A stretch of 64,000 nucleotides of DNA. Origin: Prochloraceae cyanobacterium PL24a_bin.78. GTDB lineage: Bacteria; Cyanobacteriota; Cyanobacteriia; Cyanobacteriales; JANQIW01. Positions 37,774 through 48,798 of this stretch are shown here, one piece after another. The DNA is taken from assembly GCA_028281945.1 (NCBI GenBank), contig JANQIW010000139.1, forward strand, positions 1,593-65,592, given 5' to 3'. Both the position numbers and the translations under genes were made by a program. Numbering within the stretch: the stretch's first letter is position 1; every line of letters starts with the position of its first letter. Under the pieces are notes generated by a model that saw nothing but the letters and a program-made list of their open reading frames with translations, did no database searches and was not told the DNA's origin.

Positions 37774-39483
37774 CTATTTAACCTTACTTTTCTTTTTCTT
37801 ACTACCTTTTTTCGCATCTTTAGCAGCTTTTTTCTCAGCTTTTTTAGCAGCTTCGATCCTTTGACGCTCCTTTTCCTTCTCTTCTTCTAACTTCTCTAAA
37901 TAATAATGATAATCCCCATTATAAACTAATAACTCACCATCACGAATTTCCACAATTTTATTAGCCACCTTAGAAATAAAATAACGATCGTGAGAAACAA
38001 CAATCATAGTGCCATCATAATTTTGAATAGCCTCCTCAAGCATTTCCTTAGCAGGAATATCCAAATGATTAGTAGGCTCATCCAAAATCAATAAATTCAC
38101 AGGAGCTAATAACATTTTTGCCAAAGCCAAACGTGCCTTTTCACCACCACTAAGGGCATGAACTTGTTTAAAAACCGTATCACCACTAAATAAAAAATTC
38201 CCTAATAAACTTCGCACTTCGGAATTTTTCCAAGTAGGGACTTCATCATGAATAGTTTCCATTACAGTTTTATCTAAATTCAAAGCCTCAGCTTGATTTT
38301 GTTCAAAATAACCAGGGATCACATTATATTCCCCCAACTTAACAACACCTTCATTGTGTTTTTCCATGCCCATAATCATCTTCAAAAGAGTTGATTTTCC
38401 CGCACCATTAGGACCTAAAATCGCAATACGATCGCCCCTTTCAATTAATAAATTAGCCCCAAGGAAAAGGATATTATCATTATAAGTATGGACTAAATCC
38501 TCAATAATAACCACATCCAAACCACTGCGAGGAGCAGGAGGAAACTTAAATTTTAAACTCCTCAAATCAGAAATAGGAGCTTCAACCCGATCGATTTTTT
38601 CTAATAACTTTTCCCGACTTTTAGCTTGGGTACTACGGGTAGCACTTGCCCGGAACTTTTCAATAAAAACCTGTTGTTTTTCGATTTCCTTTTCCTGACG
38701 TTCAAAAGTTTTTAATTGAGCAATTTTTGCCTCCTCTTTTTGTTGCAAATACTGAGAATAATTACCAGGATAAGTAGTAGAAACACCCCTTTCAGTTTCC
38801 ACAATTTTCGTGCAAAGACGATCGATAAATTCCCGATCATGAGAAACAATCACCATAGGAGTTTTCAACCCTTTAAGATAAGTTTCCAACCACTCAATAG
38901 TCTCCAAATCAAGATGGTTAGTCGGCTCATCCAGCAGTAAAATATCAGGACTTTGGAGTAAAATTTTCCCCAAACTAATACGCATTTGCCAACCGCCACT
39001 AAAAGAACTAACCAAACGATCGCCATCCTCAATTTGGAAACCCATTTCAGGGAGAATCTTTTCAATTTGAGCATCCAAACCGTAACCATCAAGAGCCTCA
39101 AATTTGCGTTGTAACTTATCCAACTTATGAATCAACTCATCCAACTTATCAGGATCAGCCGATTCCATCTCCAACTGCACCTTAGAAATAGAACGATTCA
39201 CCTCATTAGCCTCAGTAAAAACCGTCCACATTTCCTCACGAACAGTGTAACTAGGCTCCACCTCAAACTCCTGATTCAGATAAGCAATATGCAAACTATT
39301 AGGGCGAATAATTTCACCAGTAGTCGGCTCCACCTTCCCCGTAATAATTTTCAACTGAGTTGACTTACCCGCGCCATTAACACCCACCAAACCAACTCTT
39401 TCACCAGGCTTTACCTCCCAGTTAATACTTTTTAAAACCTCCCCTGTGGGGTAAACCTTGCTAATATTTTCCAGTCGCAACAT
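37774..39483 (-). CDS. ABC-F family ATPase (two ABC domains, lysine-rich C-terminal tail)
   Basis: 569 aa with two Walker A motifs (GVNGAGKST, GPNGAGKST) and two signatures (SFSGGWQMR, LSGGEKARL). No TM domain is present. Confidence 0.9.
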   Translation of the reverse strand: MLRLENISKVYPTGEVLKSINWEVKPGERVGLVGVNGAGKSTQLKIITGKVEPTTGEIIRPNSLHIAYLNQEFEVEPSYTVREEMWTVFTEANEVNRSISKVQLEMESADPDKLDELIHKLDKLQRKFEALDGYGLDAQIEKILPEMGFQIEDGDRLVSSFSGGWQMRISLGKILLQSPDILLLDEPTNHLDLETIEWLETYLKGLKTPMVIVSHDREFIDRLCTKIVETERGVSTTYPGNYSQYLQQKEEAKIAQLKTFERQEKEIEKQQVFIEKFRASATRSTQAKSREKLLEKIDRVEAPISDLRSLKFKFPPAPRSGLDVVIIEDLVHTYNDNILFLGANLLIERGDRIAILGPNGAGKSTLLKMIMGMEKHNEGVVKLGEYNVIPGYFEQNQAEALNLDKTVMETIHDEVPTWKNSEVRSLLGNFLFSGDTVFKQVHALSGGEKARLALAKMLLAPVNLLILDEPTNHLDIPAKEMLEEAIQNYDGTMIVVSHDRYFISKVANKIVEIRDGELLVYNGDYHYYLEKLEEEKEKERQRIEAAKKAEKKAAKDAKKGSKKKKSKVK

Positions 39484-40651
39484 AATATAATACCTTTTGT
39501 ATTTTTTACTAAATATCTGTTAATTTTTATAACAAATTATTACAATTAAAGCAAATCAGCCAACTCATAAAATCTTCTAAAAATCTCCAAAAAATTCCAA
39601 TCATCTTAAATGGTTTAGTTCGTCATAAACAATTTAAAAACAGGAAAAACTAGCAAAGATTAGTAATTTTGTCAAAGTAATAGATTTCTTACCAGATGCC
39701 TCTAGATTGGCTTCAAAGTGCAAAAAATCAGCTTGCCAATCCCTTTGATCAACATTTGACACCAGTAAGATTGTCATTAACCTCTTGAATTGCCTCTTCC
39801 CTTTTCTATATCTTAGGCAAATTTGAAATATTTCTTAAAACACTTTCATGATCAATTTCAAAAAATATCATTAATTCAATGTTTCGTCATTTTATTATAA
39901 CAGATAATTTTATTCTTTTCCTTACTACAAATCCTGAAAATCAAGTATAAATTGCCATTGATTTTGATTTTAATTTAGAGAATATGGAAACAAACTAAAA
40001 ACCATAGATTGCCATTTTTTCTCTCTTTTTTTTTGAAAATTTCCTCCTAAATTTCCACAACTTTAACCGTAATACTAACAGTTATTATCTAATTTTTATT
40101 AAGGATTAAAACTTGATATTTTACTTTTTTAGAACCTTCTCTTATCATAACTTACAGAACAAATAAATACTTGAAGCAATAACCAAAAAGATTCAAACTC
40201 AAAAAAGTCTCACCTTGAATTCTTCCACTCATAATTTCCAGAAATAATCGCAATAATCATCGCAAAAAATTTCCCAATTTATATCAATTTCTTGACATAG
40301 TTACCAACAGACACAAATCTTACAACACCTAGATTAGACGAGAATCTATAAAGCTTAATTTATATTCCTAAATCTACAAAAAAACCATCATGATTAATGC
40401 ATTAAATCTCAGAAAATAAGGTATAATTATTAATAAGGGAAATCACCTTAAAATAGCACGATCATAATCATAAAAACATTCCATAGAAAAATATGTTAAC
40501 CGATTACCCTGATAAGGTAAGTGATTTAAAAGTAAATGATTCAAAACTTAAACATTAAAAAATCCTCCCTAAAAATTTAAATTCTAAATCTGCCCAAATA
40601 AAAATCCTACCCATAATTAATCCTTTTCTAAAAATTTAAATTGTCAGAAAA

Positions 40652-42547
40652 ATGAGCGAAATTCCTAGGGTGCATCCAGAAACAATTGAAGAAGTTAGCG
40701 AAAAAGCAGATATAATTGATGTAATTTCCGAATATGTAGTCTTACGTAAACGAGGCAAAGATTATGTAGGGTTATGTCCTTTTCATGAAGAAAAAACACC
40801 AAGTTTTACAGTTAGCCCAAACAAAAAACTGTATCATTGTTTTGGTTGTAATGCAGGAGGAAATATTTTCAACTTTTTAAAAGAAATAAACAAACAATCT
40901 TTTAGTGAAGTTGTTCTCAATTTAGCCCAAAAATATCAAGTACCCATTAAAACAGTAAACCCAGAAAAAAAACAAGAACTTCAAAGACAAATAACCCTCA
41001 AAGAAAAACTCTACGAAATTCTAGCATTAGCAGCCAATTTTTATCAGTATACCCTCTTTCAAAATCAAGGAAAAATAGCTCTTGACTATTTAAAATCAGA
41101 AAGAAAACTAACAGAAACCACCATTCAACAATGGCAATTTGGGTATGCACCTCCTGGGTGGGAAACACTGTATCGTTATTTAATCGAACAAAAACGCTAT
41201 AGTATTGAATTAGTTGAACTTGCAGGATTAATTAAAAAGCGTAAATCTGGTAATGGGCATTACGATTTCTTTCGTAATCGATTAATCATTCCCATACAAG
41301 ATTCCGTAGGTAGAATTATAGGTTTTGGCAGTAGAAGTTTAGGAGAAGAATTACCCAAATACCTTAACTCTCCCGAAAATACCCTATTCAATAAAAGTAA
41401 AATTTTATTTGCAATCCATCGTGCCCATAAAAGTATTACTCAAGAAGATGAAGCCATAATCGTAGAAGGATATTTTGATGCGATTACCCTTCACGATGCA
41501 GGGATTCATAATGTAGTAGCTTCCTTAGGAACAGCATTAACTCAAGATCAAATAAAACTCCTGCTACGTTATACAGAATCAAAAAAAATCACTCTCAACT
41601 TCGATGCCGATAATGCAGGAATACAAGCCACCCACAAAGCAATCAAAGAAATCGAACCTCTCATTTATTCAGGGCAAGTACAATTAAAAATAATCAACCT
41701 TCCTGATGGAAAAGATGCCGACGAATTTTTCAAATCCAATCCCGATGCCATGGAAACATATCAAGATTTAATGGAAAATGCTCCTCTTTGGATTGATTGG
41801 CAAATAGATTTATTAAGAGAAAAAAACTTAAATCAAGGAGATGAATTTAAACTTGCAACCCAAAAAATCGTCCAATTATTAAATAAAATTCAAGACAGAG
41901 AAATACTCCCTTATTACATTGCAAAAAGTGCCGAAATTCTAAGCAATGGTAATAGTCAATACTTCAAAAATGTACAAGAATCTCTTTATCGTCAAATAAG
42001 AAATAAAAAACCAATTCAATTACTAAAAAAAACTAAATATGATGAAAAAATAATTACCTTAAATCAAGAGAGGGAACTTTTAGCAAAATCAGAATCCTTA
42101 ATTTTACGTATTTATATACACTCTCCAGAAAATAGAAAATATATCATAGAACTTTTAGAAGAAAAAGATTTAATATTTACCATCCCTTACCATCGAATAT
42201 TATGGCAAAAAATTATCCAATTAGAACAACTTGAGATCATCAATAGTAATCAACTACTGCTTTACTTACAAAATTTTGGCATTAATCTACCTGAAGAAAA
42301 CAATAAAATAAATCATCTTTTCAATCTCAATGAATATACAGAAGTAGATATTCTTTGCGCTCATCAGTTAATTACCAAAGCAATTGCTTCAATGGAAATA
42401 GTAAAACTAGAAAAATATCAACGTTATTGTCTTGAAAAATGGCAAAGTCTCAATCCAGAAACAGTAGATTATTATTCTCAAGAATTCGAGAATACCAACA
42501 AAAAAATTCAAGAACTACAAAAACAACGCCGTGATTTTATCAATTAA
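40652..42547 (+). CDS. dnaG: DNA primase
   Basis: 631 aa. It has a zinc ribbon (CPFHEEKTPSFTVSPNKKLYHCFGCNAGG) and TOPRIM motifs (VEGYFDAITLHDAG, NFDADNAG). Confidence 0.93.
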   Translation: MSEIPRVHPETIEEVSEKADIIDVISEYVVLRKRGKDYVGLCPFHEEKTPSFTVSPNKKLYHCFGCNAGGNIFNFLKEINKQSFSEVVLNLAQKYQVPIKTVNPEKKQELQRQITLKEKLYEILALAANFYQYTLFQNQGKIALDYLKSERKLTETTIQQWQFGYAPPGWETLYRYLIEQKRYSIELVELAGLIKKRKSGNGHYDFFRNRLIIPIQDSVGRIIGFGSRSLGEELPKYLNSPENTLFNKSKILFAIHRAHKSITQEDEAIIVEGYFDAITLHDAGIHNVVASLGTALTQDQIKLLLRYTESKKITLNFDADNAGIQATHKAIKEIEPLIYSGQVQLKIINLPDGKDADEFFKSNPDAMETYQDLMENAPLWIDWQIDLLREKNLNQGDEFKLATQKIVQLLNKIQDREILPYYIAKSAEILSNGNSQYFKNVQESLYRQIRNKKPIQLLKKTKYDEKIITLNQERELLAKSESLILRIYIHSPENRKYIIELLEEKDLIFTIPYHRILWQKIIQLEQLEIINSNQLLLYLQNFGINLPEENNKINHLFNLNEYTEVDILCAHQLITKAIASMEIVKLEKYQRYCLEKWQSLNPETVDYYSQEFENTNKKIQELQKQRRDFIN

Positions 42548-42569
42548 ATCAATCAACTAAATCAATCAA

Positions 42570-43502
42570 CTAATTTTTACTAGGAGAATTATCCATAGAA
42601 ATCAAATCTTCTTCAAGAGGAAATTTGCCATGAGAAATATTACCATTAGGGCTATTAATGCTTTCAGTTTTCATCCTATCTTCCAACTTTTCTAAACGAT
42701 TAATTTCTGAAGCTTTAAGTAAAATCAAATATTCATAAAAAGCCTGTAAAGTGCACCAAGCAAAACCCGCCTTCCCATCCAAAATCCCCCTCAAAATAAA
42801 ATACATATAAAACCAACGCAATAATGGGCGAAAAGGCAAACGCAAAGATAAATCTTTCAAAGCTCGTCGTCTTATAACTTCCGAACTACCAAAAAATAAA
42901 TCCCACCAATTAACACGACCTTCTTTTAGCTGAATTAAAGTTTCAAGAGCTTCATCAGTAGAATAACGATTATGCTTTTCAATCCAACGACTTAAACCTT
43001 TACTACAAGTAAAATGGGGGTAAGTTTCCTTTAAATATTCAACTTCTCCAGAATAAATTTCCCTTTCAGTATGGCCATAATCCCCAAACCAAACCGCACC
43101 CTTTTTTAAAAGACGCATTTGATAACGAGGATATTGAGTGCTATAACGAATCCATTTCCCCATAAACATCACTCTTTCTGCCACATAATAACCAACTATT
43201 TCCTGACTTTTAATAGCATTTAAGCATTCTTTAAATAACTCAGGAGTCATACGTTCATCAGCTTCAAGAATATAAGCCCATTCATATTTAGAAGGAACAT
43301 CTTTTAACATCCATGTTCTTTGTTTCCCATGACTTTCAAATTTATGCTGGACAATTTTCACAGGATATGTCGAAGCTATTTCAATTGTCTTATCGGTACT
43401 AAAAGAATCTACTACAATAATATCATCGGAAAGTAATGCAGATTCGATACAAGCTGCAATATCTATTTCTTCATTATAGGTAAGGATATAAATTGAAAAC
43501 AT
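42570..43502 (-). CDS. family 2 glycosyltransferase
   Basis: 310 aa. The N-terminal SIYILTYNEEIDIAACIES ... VVDSFSTDKT shows the GT2 pattern. Confidence 0.75.
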   Translation of the reverse strand: MFSIYILTYNEEIDIAACIESALLSDDIIVVDSFSTDKTIEIASTYPVKIVQHKFESHGKQRTWMLKDVPSKYEWAYILEADERMTPELFKECLNAIKSQEIVGYYVAERVMFMGKWIRYSTQYPRYQMRLLKKGAVWFGDYGHTEREIYSGEVEYLKETYPHFTCSKGLSRWIEKHNRYSTDEALETLIQLKEGRVNWWDLFFGSSEVIRRRALKDLSLRLPFRPLLRWFYMYFILRGILDGKAGFAWCTLQAFYEYLILLKASEINRLEKLEDRMKTESINSPNGNISHGKFPLEEDLISMDNSPSKN

Positions 43503-43680
43503 AAATCAAAATTTGTTAATTAAAGTTAAACTATAATACAATACTCAAAATAAAGTATATTTTATATTGGATCGATCCACTGCCGTAAATATCAGCAAAT
43601 ACTGCAAGATAATTCAGCTTAAATTGTGGAAAAATCCCCAAATACCACCTAGTGAAAAAAAATTCTATAGAAATTCTACA

Positions 43681-44481
43681 ATGGATTGGCAAGAAATTTC
43701 TGACAGTTATGTTTTAATTCCCAAGCAACCCATGGGTATTATCCATTTTCTAGGAGGTGCCTTTGTCGCAACCGCTCCTAATATTACTTATGGTTGGTTA
43801 TTAGAAGAATTAGGAAAAGTCGGCTATATAGTTATAGCCACCCCTTTTATCAATACCCTAGATCACAATGTAATTGCACGTAATACATTAAATCGTTTTG
43901 AAAATATTGTGGCTCGATTAAAAGCTAAATATTTTAGAAATACATTTTATTTACCCATTTATGGTATGGGACATAGCATGGGAGCAAAACTACATTTACT
44001 CATTGGTAGTCTCTTCTCCGTAGAAAGAGCAGGAAATATCCTTATATCTTTTAATAATTATCCCATTCGTCGTTCTATTCCTCTAGTAGAACAACTAGAA
44101 TTAGATACAAATTTTAACCTTGAATTTACTCCTTCACCAGAAGAAACTCAAAAATTAATCAAATCTGACTACATCGTTCGCCGGAATCTGTTGATTAAAT
44201 TTAAAAATGATGAGATAGATCAAACCTTAACTTTAAATCCAATTTTACAAAATCGTTTTTCTCAAATGGTTTCCCTCTTAACCCTCCCAGGAAATCACCT
44301 GACTCCTTTAACACGAAATTTTGATTGGCAAGTTGGAGAAGTTTTTACTCCATTTGATGCTGTTGGGCAATGGTTAAAACAAGGTTTTTCTAATAATTTA
44401 TCTCAACTCAGAGGAGAAATTCTCCGTTGGCTTAATCCCACAAGCAATATTACTCCAGAAATCAACCACATATCCAACTAA
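43681..44481 (+). CDS. DUF1350-family alpha/beta-hydrolase-like protein
   Basis: MDWQEISDSYVLIPKQPMGIIHFLGGAF ... GHSMGAKL (GxSxG). The track start at 43567 is TTG; the ATG at 43681 gives the typical N-terminus. Confidence 0.65.
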   Translation: MDWQEISDSYVLIPKQPMGIIHFLGGAFVATAPNITYGWLLEELGKVGYIVIATPFINTLDHNVIARNTLNRFENIVARLKAKYFRNTFYLPIYGMGHSMGAKLHLLIGSLFSVERAGNILISFNNYPIRRSIPLVEQLELDTNFNLEFTPSPEETQKLIKSDYIVRRNLLIKFKNDEIDQTLTLNPILQNRFSQMVSLLTLPGNHLTPLTRNFDWQVGEVFTPFDAVGQWLKQGFSNNLSQLRGEILRWLNPTSNITPEINHISN

Positions 44482-44652
44482 AGTATTCTAGGCTCAATTT
44501 CTTCTTTCCCTCATCAAAGGGAAAAATACCTTGGTTTCTAGGTCTACAAATACTTATTTTTTTTATCTTGAAAATTAATAACTAATAAAATTTAATTTTT
44601 TAAATATCAGAAAAAAGATTTATAACTTGAATCTCCAGTTCTCAATTCAAGT

Positions 44653-45354
44653 TCAATCCTTCATAATCATAATTTCATCAGAATCCAAAGGTTTTACCAA
44701 TGCGCGATAAAGTATTTTTTCACCTTTACGGTAACCTATATAACGAACTTTAACCCGATCGCCATCCTTAGCAGCACCTTCACTTAACTTGTGTAAAATA
44801 GGATTAAAAGGAATTTCTTCTCCCACACTACCAATAGTTTCTAAACCCCAATTTTTTAACAACTGCACTACAGGATTAACCAAAGGCAATAACTTTAAAG
44901 CTGGTAACTTAGGATTTTTTTTAGCCATAGCATAGGCAGTGGGCCATTGTATTAACCAAGGCTCCAAAACATTAATACTACTTTGTTGAAATTCAGCCAT
45001 CAAAACCTCTCGCTGTTGTTCCATTTGTTGGCGCAAATATTGATATTCTTCCTTGAGAGATTCATCAGATTCAGTTGATTGATTCTGGGAAACAACTTTT
45101 ACCTCAGCCGTTTCAACCTCAATATTAGTTTCAGTAAATAAAGAGATTAACTTAGACAATGGCACTTTTAAAGTTTGAGATAATTTCAACAAAGTTTCAA
45201 GCTGCATTTTATAAATTAAACCATGCAAGAGTCGATACAATTGCAATTCAGAAACTCCAGATATTTTACTCAGCTCTCTGAAACTACAAATTTCACACTC
45301 TTCCATTAGTTTGTGCAACAATTTGCTGTTTTCTTGGTAATTTGATTTTTGCAA
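44653..45354 (-). CDS. HTH-domain protein with a GrpE-like C-terminal beta domain
   Basis: 233 aa. The N-terminal region is HTH-like (FRELSKISGVSELQLYRLLHG). The C-terminal GEEIPFNPILHKL ... VKVRYIGYRKGEKILYRALV resembles the GrpE C-terminal pattern. The start is uncertain (TTG at 45354 or ATG at 45306). Confidence 0.45.
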   Translation of the reverse strand: MQKSNYQENSKLLHKLMEECEICSFRELSKISGVSELQLYRLLHGLIYKMQLETLLKLSQTLKVPLSKLISLFTETNIEVETAEVKVVSQNQSTESDESLKEEYQYLRQQMEQQREVLMAEFQQSSINVLEPWLIQWPTAYAMAKKNPKLPALKLLPLVNPVVQLLKNWGLETIGSVGEEIPFNPILHKLSEGAAKDGDRVKVRYIGYRKGEKILYRALVKPLDSDEIMIMKD

Positions 45355-45791
45355 TAGTTATTATAGTAAATAGTAAATTTTTTAAATCTCTTAGAATATT
45401 ATAGTATTTGTCTTTAGAAATGAATAGATTTCAATAAAAGTTAACAATTTGTTATTACCTAAATTTTGTAATTTTTCTTTAAAATTGCTTAATCAGAAAT
45501 TTTTAATAATTAATCTTTAAGTATTAACTAAGTATTAAAAATTTATTAGTACAATACATCATTTAAAAAATAGATAAATACAAACAACTATTGGTAAGAT
45601 ATAATTAATATGGGTCTTAATTTAGGTAGACAAAAAAGAGTTATGGCTAGAATCTTTTTTCAAAAGATGCTTTAATTGAAATAAATATCTTCTTCCATAG
45701 AAAAGAACTCTGGATAACTTATGTCTTCTCATCCCAAAACCTAAAATTAAATTAATCTCAGAAAGAAATTTACATAACCTTATAGAAAAAA

Positions 45792-46583
45792 ATGACTGTT
45801 GAAACTAATTGTTATAGAATCCCAATTCGCCAATTTATTGGAGCCAAACAAACTACTTTATTTCAAACTTTAAAACAACCTAGATTTAGTGGTCAGCTTA
45901 TCATTTTAGGGCAATCTCGGCAAGAATGGATTTTTTATCTTTATTTAGGTCGTATCATATATGCAACAGGAGGAATACATCCTGTTCGGCGTTGGCGAAG
46001 AAATTTAACTGCTTATCTTCCTAAAATAGCTTCTGATTTACCATCTTTACAACAAGATTTAATATGTACTCAAGGGGTAAAATATTGGGAATATGAATTA
46101 TTATGTATCTGGGCTAATCAGAAAAAAGCTCCAAGAAATTCTATCATGAAGATGATAAATGGTGTTATTATAGAAATTTTATTTGATATTACTCAGGAAA
46201 TGGAAATTACCTTTGAATTAAAAGAAGATCGAGGATTATCTCAGCAATTAGTTTTAATAGATTCCGATCAAGTAATTGCAGAAGCATGGAAACTTTGGGC
46301 AGGATGGCTTGGCGCAAAATTAGCCGATCGTTCCCCCAATAGTGCACCAATAATCAAACAACAAGATCAATTGCAAGGAAAAACTTCACCTCAAACTTTT
46401 CAAGCCATGATCAAATTAATGCAAGGGAAATATAGTTTAAGGGATCTTGGGATTCAACTAAAAAGAGATGTATTAGAAGTAACTCATCTTTTAATGCCTT
46501 ATATTGAATCTGGATTAGTTGAATTAAGAGAAATTCCTGATTTACCTTCTCCAGTCGCTCATTCCCAAAATCAATTATCTTAG
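45792..46583 (+). CDS. PATAN-domain-only protein (PatA N-terminal domain, no receiver)
   Basis: 263 aa, collinear with the N-terminal ~260 aa of the two downstream PatA-type proteins (FSGQLIILGQSRQEWIFYLYLGRIIYATGGIHPVRRWRRNL ... ADRSPNSAPI). It ends at the linker (IPDLPSPV), just where the paralogues continue into REC. Confidence 0.7.
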   Translation: MTVETNCYRIPIRQFIGAKQTTLFQTLKQPRFSGQLIILGQSRQEWIFYLYLGRIIYATGGIHPVRRWRRNLTAYLPKIASDLPSLQQDLICTQGVKYWEYELLCIWANQKKAPRNSIMKMINGVIIEILFDITQEMEITFELKEDRGLSQQLVLIDSDQVIAEAWKLWAGWLGAKLADRSPNSAPIIKQQDQLQGKTSPQTFQAMIKLMQGKYSLRDLGIQLKRDVLEVTHLLMPYIESGLVELREIPDLPSPVAHSQNQLS

Positions 46584-46843
46584 GCTAAATGCTTTTTTAA
46601 AACTGAAAGAGGAGCTTGACGTATTCTACACCTAATAGTTTTCTTTCCTAAGTTTTGATGAGCCTCAAAGCGATGGCAACCAGAAAAACCATAGTATTTT
46701 CCTTCTACTAATAAAACATCAATAGGTTCTTGAAGACCAATTTCTGCAATTGACTCCATTAAAAGTTTAACTTTATCAGAATCAGTTTGTCGTGGTAGAG
46801 GACGACGAATTTGCTCCAAAGGAATTTCTTTAATTTCAATCAT
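46580..46843 (-). CDS. srxA: sulfiredoxin (ParB/Srx fold)
   Basis: 87 aa. The FSGCHR active-site motif and IPLEQIRRPL are typical of sulfiredoxin. Its stop overlaps the convergent PATAN gene stop (cTTAGg). Confidence 0.75.
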   Translation of the reverse strand: MIEIKEIPLEQIRRPLPRQTDSDKVKLLMESIAEIGLQEPIDVLLVEGKYYGFSGCHRFEAHQNLGKKTIRCRIRQAPLSVLKKHLA

Positions 46844-47026
46844 GAGAATCTGATTAATCTTATTTGCAAGTATTTAATTTGATCTTAGTAGTTATAATTT
46901 GATTTTGACAAACAACTAGTACAAAATGCCAATAAATTTACGATTAATTAAACTCAATTAGCTAAAAAAAATCTGCTAAAATCTATATTAGTTGCCAAGT
47001 GCAATATAAAGAAAGTAACAGGAATT

Positions 47027-48226
47027 ATGAATGCACAAAAGCATGATTATCTGATTTCTATCAAAGAATTTGGAGCATTAAAACAAACTAACTTATTTAA
47101 AAGTTTAAGACAGCCTCAATTTACTGGTAAAATCACTTTAACGGGCCCACAAGGAAAACCATGGTTTTTTTATCTTTATTTAGGTCGTTTATTATATGCT
47201 ACAGGTGGAATTCATTCAGTGAGAAGGTGGAAAAGAAATTTAACTATACACCTTCCTATGATAGTAAAAAGACATGATTTATTAGATAAATATTTTAAAA
47301 AAATTAATGAGTTTGATGTTTGCTGGGAATATGAATTCTTATCTATGCTGATTAAAGATGAAAAAATATCTCGAAAAAAAATAAATGAACTATTAGAAAC
47401 AATTATAGAAGAGGTTTTTTTCGATTTAACTCAGGAAGCACAAGTAGACTTTATTTTAAATAACAAAGAATATCTATCAAAACAATTAGTTTTAATGGAT
47501 ACAGATAAAATAATTACCAAAGCTTCAGAAGCTTGGAAAGCTTGGCGAAATGCCAAATTAGCCGATCGTTCTCCTAATATGGCTCCTGTAATTAGACAGC
47601 CAGAAGAATTACGCAAGAGAACTACCATTCAAAGTTATGAAAATATCACCAAAATTTTAGATGGAAAACATAGTCTGCGAGATTTAGCAGTAAAAATAAA
47701 AAAAGATATACTACAGATAACTCGTCTCCTAATACCTTATATTGAATTAGGAATAATAGAATTAGTAAAAATACCAGATTTACCAAATCCAATTCCACAA
47801 ACACCAAAAAAAGAAGGAATAAATAAAGCAGAAGATAAGAAACTATTAATAGCTTGTATCGATGATAGCCCATTAATTTGCCAAAGAATGGAAGAAATAA
47901 TAACAAAAGGAGGATATGATTTTATAGGAATCAAAGATCCAATTAAGGCTATTGCGGTGATTTTAGCTCACAAACCAGACTTAATTTTTTTAGACTTACT
48001 AATGCCTAATACAAATGGATATGAAATTTGTAGTCAATTACGTAAGTTATCATTATTTCGGAATACTCCTATAATAATATTAACAGGACAAGATGGAATG
48101 ATTGAAAGAGTCAGAACAAAAATAGTAGGATCTAACGATTTTTTAAGCAAACCAATCGAAGCAAATCTGGTATTAGAAACCATAAGCAAATACCTATTAA
48201 ATAATTCAAACGAGCAAATAGAATAA
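47027..48226 (+). CDS. PatA-type response regulator (PATAN + REC), PixG/TaxP-like paralogue
   Basis: 399 aa. The PATAN region is followed by REC (LIACIDDSPLICQ ... FLDLLMPNTNGYEICSQLR ... ILTGQDG ... SKP). Confidence 0.85.
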   Translation: MNAQKHDYLISIKEFGALKQTNLFKSLRQPQFTGKITLTGPQGKPWFFYLYLGRLLYATGGIHSVRRWKRNLTIHLPMIVKRHDLLDKYFKKINEFDVCWEYEFLSMLIKDEKISRKKINELLETIIEEVFFDLTQEAQVDFILNNKEYLSKQLVLMDTDKIITKASEAWKAWRNAKLADRSPNMAPVIRQPEELRKRTTIQSYENITKILDGKHSLRDLAVKIKKDILQITRLLIPYIELGIIELVKIPDLPNPIPQTPKKEGINKAEDKKLLIACIDDSPLICQRMEEIITKGGYDFIGIKDPIKAIAVILAHKPDLIFLDLLMPNTNGYEICSQLRKLSLFRNTPIIILTGQDGMIERVRTKIVGSNDFLSKPIEANLVLETISKYLLNNSNEQIE

Positions 48227-48397
48227 TAAGATCAATAGTTAAAGTTGTTTCAAAGTTAAAAAGGAGATTTTGAAAAGAGAAAATCCTCAAGATTGAATCA
48301 TTAATAGAAAATACTGACAGAAATTCAGGATTGATGACATTTATATTAATAATTATCAGTAATTTCATGTCTGTAAATTAAAAATCAACACAAACTA

Positions 48398-48574
48398 ATA
48401 CCGTTTTTCGCGTAATTGTGATAGAAATAGAGAATGGAGACAATGGGAAGATGGGAGACAATGGGAAGATCAGAAATAGGAGTTGATATGAAAGAGTAGG
48501 GAAAATAAATTTGGATTAATTATCCTAGATTGATAAGTTTTAACTCTATCATCATTAAAGACTCTCTTACAGAT
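48398..48574 (+). mobile_element. MITE-like element copy
   Basis: ataccgtttttcgcgtaattgtgatag ... agaatggagacaatgggaagatgggagacaatgggaag ... ttatcctagat ... ctctatcatcattaaagactctcttacagat. Confidence 0.6.
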
Positions 48575-48798
48575 CAACCAAAATCAGCAAAATTAATGTT
48601 GACAAAAAAACTAGAAAGCATTAAACGAAATCAAAAAATAGTAGATCTAAACCACTGTAGCAAAAAAGCTAAAACTATCTTATACTAAGGTTTAAGAGGA
48701 CATAGATTCTTAAACTCGGCTAAGTATTGCGCTTTCATTTGAAGGCAAAATATCATCGAGATCGAGATTTGTCAGTTAACCACAGAAGCGTAAAAATA

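Noticed and set aside
38716-39363. Short ORFs 38716..38940 (+), 38865..39101 (-) and 39127..39363 (+) within the ABC-F gene region.
   Set aside because: All overlap the 569 aa ABC-F ORF, which has two complete ABC cassettes. No independent support was found.
47431-48368. Minus-strand ORFs 47431..47628, 47646..47906, 47737..47934 and 48132..48368.
   Set aside because: These are antisense or alternative-frame ORFs inside or just after the PatA-type gene 47027..48226. Their translations are low-complexity Leu/Phe-rich sequences typical of AT-rich antisense frames.
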